64,000 bases of DNA from Eledone cirrhosa. Its lineage: Eukaryota. The translations under genes were made by a program, and so were the position numbers. Below are positions 52,381-64,000 of the stretch, piece by piece. Below the pieces are notes generated by a model, which made no database searches, was not told where the DNA came from, and saw only the letters and a program-made list of their open reading frames with translations. Where the stretch lies: NCBI GenBank assembly GCA_964016885.1, contig OZ024745.1, forward strand, positions 114,886,001 to 114,950,000, given 5' to 3'. The first letter of the stretch is position 1; the number at the start of each line of letters is the position of its first letter.

Positions 52381-52738
52381 CATATATATATATATAGAGA
52401 TAGATAGATATATGCGCAGTGTATAGGCACAAGGCATGAAATTTAGGGTTTAGGGTCCCGTCGATTACATCGATCCCAGTTCACAACTGGTACTTAATTT
52501 ATCGACCCCAGAAGAATGAAAGGCAAAGTTGAGATCAGCGGAATTTGAACTCGGAACGTAAAAATGGAAGAAGTACCGCTAAACATTTCGCGAGATGTGT
52601 TAACAATTCCACTGGCTCACCGCCTTATTTTCACCAGTTATAATGGAATCTGAAATATTGGTTCTACCGCGGGCCGCATGTTTGAGCCCCCTGTTAGAAA
52701 GATAGATAGACGTGTACCAAACACACACATTTCTCTCA

Positions 52739-52781
<43 letters not shown>

Positions 52782-52858
52782 ACGAAGGAAATGTGGTAAG
52801 GAACCAGGTGGACCATAACGCACCAAAGTACTCAATACTTGAGGTAGTAGAGTGGGTA

Positions 52859-52969
52859 ATAGGAACCAGTAAGACCCCGACAGCTGAGCTCAAGCCGTTT
52901 CGACGGCTAATTCAGTCCAGAATTAGCCGTCGAAACGGCTTGAGCTCAGCTGTCGGGGTCTTACTGGTT

Positions 52970-52974
<5 letters not shown>
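52859..52974. repeat. Perfect inverted repeat, 55-bp arms, 6-nt loop
   Basis: 52859-52913 is the exact reverse complement of 52920-52974; loop agtcca. Confidence 0.97.
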
Positions 52975-53012
<38 letters not shown>

Positions 53013-56000
53013 GACATTGCTTTTTGATGTTGAAAAGAGCAGTGGCCTTTGACCCTGCAATAAAAACAAGGCACACAGACACACGCACAAGTGTGTGTGT
53101 GTTAGTGTGCGTGCGTGCGTGTATATATATATATATATTCCGTCCCACCCTTGCAAGCAGGGAAAAGCGGACGTATGATGATGATGATGATGAGGATATA
53201 TAAGGGATACAGATATTGTTTGCTCACTGTCACTAAGGATCTCAATTCATTTGTTGCAACTAAGTTTGTGATCGAGGTACTTTATTTTGCAAGGTACTAT
53301 TTTCCCCTTGAATTTGTGATTGAAGAGAAAGGTAAGAAATTCTTCATATTTTGCATCTTTTGTATTTTTACTTTACAGTTTGAATTGTAGAATTGTCTAT
53401 CCACTCGAAATATTATAACAGCTAACAGTGAAATATAAAATTTAAAAAAAAAGCTTTTTCGACTGAGATTAAATCTTTGAGAACATTCACGTCTATTTTT
53501 CAATATATAATTTGAAATAGCTTGCTTTTGTTTTGGACTGAAACTTTTTTGTATTTAATTCGTACGAGTATTTTTTAAAGATTTTTTAAAAGATTCTAAC
53601 ATAACTTGATTTGGCCCAGTAATCTACTGATATCAAAATATTGAAAAATAAAAAAATGGGGGTGTGGGGCGTTTCGTGATTTTGGACGAAATGGGTTGAG
53701 AACCTTTGGTTTAGACAATCATCAACAATCCAACCAACGAACACTTATATGTGGAGACTTTTGAGTTCTCAGTCCTGGACAACCATCTCCCCTATTTGCT
53801 GTTGTTGGGATGAAGTTGGCCACCAGTAGAAGTATGCCCAATGGGTTAGAATGGTTATTTCAATGTGTCTTCTTCACTACCCTTCAAAGCTAATGCTTTC
53901 TCTATTCTGTCCACAGGTGCTGTGAGGTGCATTATGCCAGGGTTCTGCATGTTGGAAAGCATTCCCCCACATTTCCCAAGCATATATTAGTGAATGAGTG
54001 AGTGAGTATGAGTTGAACAATAAAAACAAAAGCCAAAGTTTACTGCTTAATCAGTTCATCATTTTACGATTGTTTCAGAAGGTTGATTGATCATCACTAA
54101 TCGATAGTAGTTATGTAATCCCATATTATTAGTCTCGATACCCTTCATCCATCTCACCGTCTTCCTCAGAAATATATATATATATGCATGCACCCACATG
54201 TTATTAAATGCACTTACAAAATTTTACTAACTAAACTGGACTCGGCTACATTCATTCTCAGTCTAAATACTAAACAACAGTCCAGACAAACAACAACTTT
54301 TTACTAATTAAAGCAGACTTAGCTTCAGACTCATTTTCAATTTAAATACTAAACAATTCTAATGAATGAATAAACCACTGAGATTACTTACTCAGAGACC
54401 CCATTATCATCATTATACATTCATTTTTCCCTGCTTGCTTGCATGAGTATTCTACAATACAGCTTCTTCCTACTTGTTACTGTCCTTTGATATTCAATAT
54501 TCTGAGATAAGCCAACACCAATTCCCCTTGGTTTTCTTCATCTGTAGATTTTTTCCAATGGAATTTATGTGGCACTTCTACCATATGCACCCATCATCAT
54601 CTATATATAGCACAGGTCCATACCAGCATAGTCTTCTCTCTTGCACACTGCAGCTGATACCTCTTACACCCATTCTTTTTTTTTCTCTCAGTTCATTTGT
54701 GCTTCATTCATTGCACACTAACGTCACACATCCTCAACATTCAATGCCCATGTTTTGCTATTATGTTATATTGCAATTCACAGAAAAACATAAGAATAAC
54801 CTGCCTTTAACTTGTAGAAAGAATTATTTTGTTGCCTTATTATTTTCTTCTAAAAGAAATTTTCTATTAGAAATACTTACATGATAAAGAAAACATTAAC
54901 TCAATGACAAATATTATTTTTTTGTTCACTATGTTAACTGAGATTAGCAGTCATTAATTAAACTTTTGATTAATTATTAATTATAGCTTCATCTTTTGTG
55001 TTTCCAATTACACAAAATATTTAGTTTAGTCTATGACCATTGTCAATTGTCAAGTGTCCTATTCCTGAATGTGCTTTGTCTTAATTTCATTACCATATTC
55101 CAAGTAATTAATTAATGAAAATTTTAGAAGGATTTTCTAAAATTATTAATTTTTTCATGAAGATAATTTTTGTAACGAATGATTCTTATATAAAATAATG
55201 TTGAAAGATTTAATTTAAATAGGAACCTTTTAAAATGGTTTTGGGTGGGTTGTACACAAACTTGAGTAAGGAGCAGTTGCCAGGAGCAATTGTGAATTGT
55301 GGAGAGGATTTGTCAGGAATGTTTGTGGTCGCAATGAAGTTATCAAAAGGATTAAGCTAAATTTGAACTTGAAACCTTCATCCTTAAACTTTATTACTAA
55401 AGATAAATACACTTTGATTAGAAATAAAATTTCCGAGTTCAAATCAAGCCTTAGACAATGTACATACTCAGGAATAGGACATCTGATAATGATTATAGCT
55501 CAAACAAATCAAAATATTATGTAAACAGATACACAAATGAGGAGGTTAATAGTCCACATAACATTTAATTCTTAAAGTTTATGTTTCACTGGGATTTCAT
55601 TCTTTTTCTTAATATTTCTCATTACAAATAGCTTACAGCTGAACCCATGAGGTGAATTGCATTTTCTTTTATAATGCAACACAAAATACAGGTGCTGTAG
55701 GTGAAATGTTTATCTTCAGAAAGAATATTCTAATGACTACTTGACTATTTATTAGATGAGTGAAGAGATTACATATTTCAGAAGCAGCAACATGAAGAAT
55801 ATTTATGAGAAAGCTAAAATAAATTCCCTAGCTTTTTCAGGTAGACTGTGTGTGAGAGAGAGGGGGATGTACAGGGTAGGAGAGTGAGAGGAAGGGCAAG
55901 GGGAGAGAGAGGAAGGAAGGAGGGAGAGAGAGGAAGGGGGAGAGATTAGTTGAGTGAGAAGAAAAACAGGAGTTTTGTGGGATTGTAGGGGTTGCAAATA

Positions 56001-59000
56001 TCAGAATAGCTTTGCCATTGTAAAAAAGTGGAAATAGTGAAATTCTGGACAATGTTTTGCAGTGTATGATAATTATTGAAATTAAGTAGCCAGCAGACTA
56101 CAGAGAATCTAACTATACTTTTCAAATTTCAGCTGAGTACCATTGAGCTAAAACACTCCTGGTGACATTCTCTGTTTATTTACAAATGTTATATTTAAAG
56201 CTGAGAATTTAGTTTATATTTAGACAATTGGAGTACTGAATGGATTGAAATTCTTAGAAAATGTAGAAAACAACAGAACAAAGTAGCCAACAGCTGCTAC
56301 AAAGAATCTAACTTTTTTTTTACACTTCCATTGATCTTCCATAATGTGTTGAGGGCAAGTCTACTTGGCAGACATTGATTGACAATATTTAAATGTTCAC
56401 CCCTTACATTGCCGTATTTCTAATAACATACAATATATTTAGATTAATTAAGGAAAAAGCAACCCCCCAAAAATGGGGTTTCTTTGAAAGGTCTTTGGAG
56501 TTACATTACTCGATAGAGTGTGTTGCTCAGAGATCAGGGAGTTGCTCCAGGTAGAGCTGCAGATTCTCCAAACTGACTGATCACAACTCTGATACTACAG
56601 ACATGTGGTCAGAATGTCTAAGGAAAAAAATGGTTGGACAGATTTTGCAGGTAAACCAACAGGTAGGAAACACAAACAAGATGGTCAGATAACATCCATG
56701 AGCTTGGTTGATCTCACTTGGGGATCCAGTCTGTGACAGTTGCTTCTGATAGGACTTACTGGAAGGCATACTTGAAGACTGCCCACATGACACTCCGAGG
56801 ATAAGTGGATGAAGAAGAAGAAAAATTTAAGGATTTTTAAAACTATTAATTATTTCAATATTTGTAACATATCAAAAGATTCTTACATCAAATTATGTTT
56901 GAAGATTTTACTTTAAATAGGAGCTTTAAAATGGGTGGTTTTGTTTCATAGAACCAGAGGTAGTTTTAGGCAGCTTAGTATAATTGGAATAAGAGAAATT
57001 AATACAATCCTTACATAAAGTACAGCCACACCCATAACTACAAAGTAAAATTAACTAAAATATTGACTCAGTGACTGAATTATGTATTCAATATATTACA
57101 GTACATAAATCTTTAGTAAACATTGGTTTTACTATACTCATTTGTTAAGTTTATGGCAATCATGTTATAATTATCCATGGTTAGTGGTAGAAAGGATATC
57201 CAACCATAGAAAACCTGTCAAACAAAGGGTCAGGAGGACTCTTCAGTTGTGTCAAAGTCATGCCCACCTCCCTAGTGTTGGTGAGCTACACAAATACACC
57301 TAGTGCACTCTGTAAAATAGTTAGTGGTAAGAACCTCCTTAGTGCTGCTGCCACAATAAAATGCACTCAGTAACTGCAGGAATGTATGTAAGTGGAATGC
57401 GGGTCACCCCAACCCATCTGAGATCAGTAGCTCCACTTGAGTATTAACTCGGTTTCTGAGTATTAACTCAGTTTCAGGGAAAACAGATGTTAATTTATGA
57501 TGATGATTTAATTGATAATGATGATAATTCATGATGATGATGATATATATATATTTATCACTCAAGTTTTAGATTTTTGTTTGTTTATCGTATTTTGAAA
57601 GTACTGGCTGAATGAAACCATATATGTAAAGAGCAACAATATAATAGAAGAAGAATACCATAGGAAACAAACATGAGTAAAATATATGAATTACTTTAAA
57701 ATTTACATAATTACACTTTTTATTGAGTTTATCTTTTTTATTGGTTTCAGTCATCAGACTGAAGGGATTTAGTCGATCATATCGACCCCAATATCGATCT
57801 CTTTCTTCAAAGCACTAAGCAGTAAACATAATCACACACACATGATGGTCTTCTGCAGGGTTTCCATCAACCAAATTTCAATCTCAAGGTATTGGTGAAT
57901 CGAACGTTATAGAAGACATTTGCCCAACATATCACACAGTGGAATTCAATTTGGAAGCTCATTACTGTGAATGATTGAATAGCTGGAAGTTGGGTTATAA
58001 AAACGATTAGCAGAGACAATGAAAACAATAGCCTGCATTAAATATATAGAACCATAGGGCAAGTCAGGGAACATGTGCATCATTATTTTGTAACATATTG
58101 TAGATTGGATTGCAAAATTGATTGGATATTGACTAAATAGACATTTGAACCATAGTCTATAGTCTCTCACAAATGCTGTTATATATCAACGGTACTTAAT
58201 TCCCATTGACTTATTCTAACTAGCTGTAAATATGTATTGTGAGGTGTATAGCTCAGTACTGGGTGCATCAGCAGCACTGAATAACTGAGTATTTCATTAG
58301 GCTATGAGCCCAATTTCAAAAATCCTTCATTACTATAGCTGGAGAACGACGAGCTTGCTACCTGTGTGTTTACATGGTTATCTACTAAAATACCCAAGTG
58401 AAATTGATGTGTGTGCGCGTGTATGTATGTATGTGTGTGTATATATATATAACCCGCCTTGCCTATGTACAAAGCGAAACCTACAGTCAGTAGGCATCTC
58501 TTAACCAAATATACACCCTAATCCACTACCCCTACCCTATCCTCCCACCAACAGCTCACCTTTTCCTTTCTGCATGTCACTGTGTTTTTTGGCCTTGTTT
58601 GTCATACATTGTTCGACTTAAATTCAATCATGTATGTATTTCTTCCTTGCTGTCTTTCGTGTAAGTTTTGTTCTGCATCTTGAAAAAACTCAAGGACAGT
58701 ATCTAACTACCTTGTTAGACACTACGACCCTGAATGGTACCAGTACCACTGACTGGAGTCAAAACTGTGACCATCCATTTCAACAGCTGATGACTGGAGT
58801 TTTTGTAACTGTGTATATATATATACACACACATGCCTGTAATTATATTATATACACACATCAAATTATTAACACTTCACACCAAAAATATATTGATCAC
58901 ATATATACACCTATATCAACACACACACGTGCATGTCCAACCCATGCCAGCATGAAAGTGTGAACGACATAGCATAAACAAACAGACTAACTTAACACAA

Positions 59001-59329
59001 GAGGATTGGATGTTGTGAGCTAGAGAGAAAAATGAGTTGGTATGCATATGTGATGCATATGGAAATTATCAGCTGCATAAAGAAATGTAGAAAAATCCCA
59101 GTGGCTGGGATCCATGGAAGAGGGAGACCTAAGAAACTAAACCTCGCAATAGATATGACAAAGGATCATGAGGACTGATATTATGGTGTGCTGGTGAAGA
59201 CTCAGCCACAAACAATGTGATCTGACCCATCCCTGTATCCCCTCCTTCCATTAGCACTCACTAGTAGCTATCCTCACTATCCATGCCCTCTCCAATATCA
59301 CTCCTTAGCTATTGCCCCCTCTAAAACCC

Positions 59330-59436
59330 TTAGATAGCCTCACTATCACATCTTAGTCTCAACTCTTAGATACCCTCACTATCACAACCTAGTCTCAACT
59401 CTTAGATACCCTCACTATCACAACCTAGTTTCAACT
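59330..59436. repeat. Three tandem copies of a 36-bp unit cttagataccctcactatcacaacctagtctcaact
   Basis: Directly visible. Confidence 0.9.
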
Positions 59437-60223
59437 GGCCCTTGGGACACTGTACACTAGTTGAAAGAGAGGAAATTATTCTCATATCAGTGACCTGGCC
59501 CGAATGCTTGCAACTGAGTAAACAACTAAAAGCAGAGTGGTGGATTAAATCAACTACCCAAGAGAGAGAACGATACTTCCAATGTCTTAATAGACAATAT
59601 GCCCCCAAATCAGTTCCTGTATGAGCAAGGCATGGTCAGCCGACCAGACACTGCCCACAACAGGACAACCTGTCTAACCCATGCCAGCGTGGAAGAACGG
59701 ACGTAAAACGGTGATGATGAATGGATTTCCACAGTTTCCATTTACCAAATTTCATTCACAAGATTTTAGTTGGCCTGAAGGTATGACAGAAGCCTTTTCC
59801 CAAGATGTTACATATTGTGATTAAACCTAAAGCCATGTATTTGCAAAATAAGAGTCTTAAAAACTTAGCATGCCTGCACTAATATATTTCTACATATGAT
59901 TTCTCTGAAAATAAAATGAGATGGGCAGGCTGAAATACCTTTAATATAAGGTCTGTTTGGTAGGGTTGACTAGGAAAACTGATGAAGGTCTACATTGGTG
60001 ACTCAGTGACGTAGCAAGGATTCTCAGCACCCACAGACAAAGGAACTTTTGACTTTTCTGCCTGAATGTAATTCAACTTTATATTTCACATAATTATGCT
60101 TGCAAAATAAACACAATTTGTATTTTTAAAAAGTGGAGGTTGGAGAGAAAACACGCACCGTCAATCACCCCACAAGGGGCGTTGGAATTTCCCTCTAAAA
60201 ATATTAGAGGTAAGCCAACATAC

Positions 60224-60720
60224 CCGCATGATTGGAGCGGCTGAGAGAGAGGATAAGTCACTGAAATAACCCGGCATCCTCACGGGCGTCACCTAATATG
60301 TCAGTGGGGAGAGCTGCCAACAATGACAAGAAGCTTGTCAATGGCTCAACTCCCACAAACCTCTCGAACGCTTCCGGCAGAAAAAAGTAGCTTGCATATA
60401 ATCCATGGTATTTTTGTCAGCTCGCTTTACTGATGTATCAGGTGACGTATCATGATCGAACAAAGGAAATTTCGCGATCCTTCATATCTGCGGCAGGAGA
60501 AGACTTCTCTCCTCATACCTTTGTCGTGACAGTACCATCGTCTTAGAAACAGAAACACGTTTTAAACTGATAAAACGCCATCTCTCTCTCTCTCACACAC
60601 ACGAATGGATAGCTCCGAATCATGAGACTTTTGGCACCCGAAACAAACCCACGATTTTTGCTCTATCAATATAAATACAGGCATATACAACTGTATATAG
60701 GCGCGCACGCGCACACACGT
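60224..60720 (-). promoter_or_regulatory. Candidate promoter and non-coding first exon
   Basis: Abrupt rise in CpG frequency, YY1-like AGATGGCG on the minus strand (about 60576-60583), donor-like CGG|GTATGT at 60224/60223, no repeat similarity seen. Confidence 0.45.
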
Positions 60721-63700
60721 CTATTCAAATGACTACCAATTGATTGTCACTTAATTTGACAGGTATATCTGTAATTTAGACTAGTAAATTTAAAAGAGAA
60801 AAAAATGCGCTACGTGGTGGGCGGATGTTAACTCAGCAAATTGTAAAACATTGGAACTGCTATATTCAAAATACTGTAAGCCAATCTGTTGCAGTTTGAC
60901 AAATGACTCATTGTATGCTTTTCATAAAGTAATTAAAAGCAAGTTTTTAATAATAATAATAATATCTTTTGCTTTTAATAATACTGATTTAATAAACAAA
61001 CACCTATTATGTTTAAGATAAATTAAAAAGAAAATAACTGTACAAAACCACGATCATACCTTAAAATTAAACAAAAATAGGATAAAAAAAGGGAAGAGGA
61101 TGTCGCATTAAAAATAACTTTACTGAATAGTTTTAGCCACTGTATCACTACAAAATTGTTTTCTGTGAACCAACGAGGCTACGATAGAGATAAGGGACTT
61201 TGTTTAGTACGAAAGACGAATTGCAAGCGTATATGGGCCCCTGTAAGGAGTCCATATCTGCTGGAGAAAACAAAAAAAAAAATCAATGAATCTTTTATAT
61301 TATAAATTCATAAGTATTAAACTATTGTTTTCGTCTGGATTAAACCTACTCGCATCTGTTATAGGTTATTAGAAATTTAGGCGACGGACGGTTTCAATTA
61401 TGAACACTGGTAAAATTTCGCCTGCGTGGGTGAATATAATGTTTGTTTTATTTTGATATATATGTTTGAATAAAACACAAATACACAGTTGTAAGTGGGA
61501 TCAAAGTTTACAAAGCGCAACAAAAGAACGTCTGCTACCTGTTGTATTAATAATTGTTTTATCAACCAAGCTAGTGTTCTTTTTTTTATTATTATTTTTG
61601 ATAATGTCTGGTTTGTTTAAATTTTGTTTTGTCAAGTGTCAGTTATGTGATGGGTTATTATTGTTGGTGTTGTTGTTTAACTCTAGGTCAGTATTAACGC
61701 AGCAGACATGTGGGTAATGGCAGTCCAACCTCGAGGAAGCTGTCTTATTTTATGTACAATCTTTGTATATTTAGAATTACATTATCCAATATTTCCTTCC
61801 TACTTTATGACGATAGGGTGAGATTTGAGAGAGATTTGGCTGCTATGTTTAGCAAGTCGAGTGGCCACGTAGAGACTATCTTATTTAATTATTTATTACT
61901 TTTTTTTTTACCCCTCTAAAAATTAGCGGCATGTGTACGTATGATTGAATGCAAGCGTGCATGCATGTATGGTATAGATGTATGAGAGAGACTGAAGTTG
62001 GAATGGTTTATTCAAGGAACACTTGAAATTAGGTTCACACATTTAACGTGAGGAAAGAAAATGGAACAGATACACAAACAGGTAAAGGGGGCGGAAACAG
62101 AAGAAACAAACACGTTTGGACTGAGAGACAAGTTGAAAGACAAGGACAGGCAGGCAAGACAGGCATCGATGTAACAAAAATATGTGTGCTGGTATGTAGA
62201 AGTGGGGTGACAGAAATATGATAAAAGAAGGTTTGTTCACTGCTTAAATCGTGTCCTGTACAATAGAAGTTTGTTTTTCTCTCAACGGAATTTTCATTTA
62301 GCTCCTGTCAATAATCCACATAAAGCCAATGACGAAAAAACTACATGGTCCACTCGACTGTCACAAATAGTAGCCATATTTCTGTTAAATTACAACCCTA
62401 CCGTCTTTAAAATGGAAAAAGACAATATATAACTTAACCCTAGATACACCATCATTGCAAAAGAAAAAAAAGGGGAGGGGGATAGTATGTCAGAGCTGTA
62501 ACGCATTTTATCAAACGTATGATTACACGTAAATGCAGGGGCGGACTCACGAATTTGAGGCCCTTCTCTAAAAAAAAAAATCGGATAAAGAATGTTTAAT
62601 AACTATACATTATTATTTATTAATGATTACAAAATTAAATAATATATATAATTTTTGATTTAGTGTTAAAGAATAAAAACTAATGATAAAATAAATAGTA
62701 GTGAAAGAGTGAAGAATAACATGGTCGGCTGTACAAAAAGGGTTTTATTTACAGTATTAACAATTGTTTCATTGATCAGGTGAGTCTAAAGGCCACTAAT
62801 CACACGAAGTTGCGTCACACATGGCACTGGTATTTATAAAATAATAAATATATAGATTTTTTTTAATTGAGGCCCCCAAGGGTGTGTTGCCTTAAGTTAT
62901 AGTGTATTTAGCTTACAGGTAAGTCCAGCACAACCGAAAGGTCTTTTGAAAAAAAAAGAAATTGGGGAAGAAATACATATTGGAAACATAATCCTAGATA
63001 ACTTATGTCTGAAAAAGACTTGATGGTCACAAGTGGAACGTCATTGATGCAATGGTTTGTACTATCAAATGACAACTATTTAAACTACAAGGTCAACTTA
63101 GCTTTTCAACCTTCCAGCCTCGTTAAAATAAAGTACTAGCCAAGTACTGGAGTCAATTTAATCTATTTACCCACTTCATTCTTATTGCTGGTTCTGTGCC
63201 TAAATTAGAAACTATTTGATTGGCAGAATTGTTAGAACATCAGGAAAAATTCCTTGTGGTATCCCTTCCAATGTTGAGTTCAAATCCTGCCAATGTCAAC
63301 TTTGCCTACCATTCATCTGAGGTTGTTAAAATAAAGTACCAATGAAGTACTGTGGTTGAAACAGTGTGCAGACTGTTCAATTCAACAGTTTCTGCTCCAA
63401 CAGTTAAATGGTATGGGCAAAAGTGGTTCCATATGGCACCAAATAGCACGAAGATCCCTTAGTTCAATCAGGAGGTTAAAGATGCCATCCAAGCAAAGCA
63501 TGGAAATAAGTCCTCCCTCATTCTTGCACTCACAGAAGAAGCAGATGTGAAAAGTCACAGAAGTGACACTAAAAGTGTCCAAGGCTAAGATATGGGAAGA
63601 CTTTGGGGTTAAGCTAAATCTATCAATAAAAATAAATAAATTGTCTGTGTTTTGCTAAAAATATACATTATATTGCTCATGCTCAAACATTATAAATATA

Positions 63701-64000
63701 GTATTAAATGAATAGTGATTTGAGAAAAAGTAAAATGAAGAATTTGAGAAAAGGAATATATATTTCCATGTGTATATTCCAATCAGAAAAAAATAATGAA
63801 AAAGGGTGAAAAAAAAACAACTTTGTGCAAACACTATAAGTGTTCAATGTCTCAACAGATGACAATTACTTGTGTATGTTGTGTGTGCACATCCAGTTAA
63901 GCATTCTTTGCCTATCAAAATCTCTCCACTGAGTATGCATATTCCTCCTTTAACTCTTATGTTAACTCTCTTTGTATCTCTTTTTTACTCTTTATATGAT

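Larger units (their letters stand above)
50486..53708. mobile_element. Non-autonomous hAT element, 3.2 kb, with nested insertions
   Basis: 14-bp TIRs caaagattctcaac (50486-50499) and gttgagaacctttg (53695-53708), 1 mismatch; identical 8-bp TSD gtttagac at 50478-50485 and 53709-53716. Confidence 0.85.

Noticed and set aside
52381-52437. Start of the 366-aa ORF as a real gene start
   Set aside because: These codons come from SINE tail and TA microsatellite; the ORF is a truncated LINE ORF2.
62537-62932. Possible hAT-like MITE (caggggcggact...gtaagtccagca)
   Set aside because: TIR match is poor and no TSD was found.

Overview
AT-rich, repeat-dense animal genomic DNA. The SINE/LINE content ((ATG)n-tailed RTE elements, CORE-type and Deu/Nin-type tRNA SINEs) points to a cephalopod, probably an octopod; this is inference. 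The only recognisable host gene is clathrin interactor 1 / epsinR (CLINT1), seen as three phase-consistent minus-strand exons (13859-13721, 2871-2740, 595-409) covering the second half of the ENTH domain and the region after it. I could not find its N-terminal exons; a 200-N assembly gap (15157-15356) lies just upstream. The rest is intronic or intergenic: a decayed 3-kb RTE LINE with a PHD-like finger, a young Tx1/L1-type LINE 3' fragment, two CRE-like endonuclease fragments, Penelope-like remnants with several degenerate hammerhead-ribozyme motifs, hAT, Tc1/mariner and piggyBac-type MITEs, many SINEs and minisatellites. The most notable items are a perfect 55-bp foldback built on half a hammerhead ribozyme, a 3.2-kb hAT shell with an 8-bp TSD carrying nested cargo, an unexplained 133-aa ORF, and a CpG-rich candidate promoter/first exon near 60.2-60.7 kb. 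I found no convincing novel multi-gene system.
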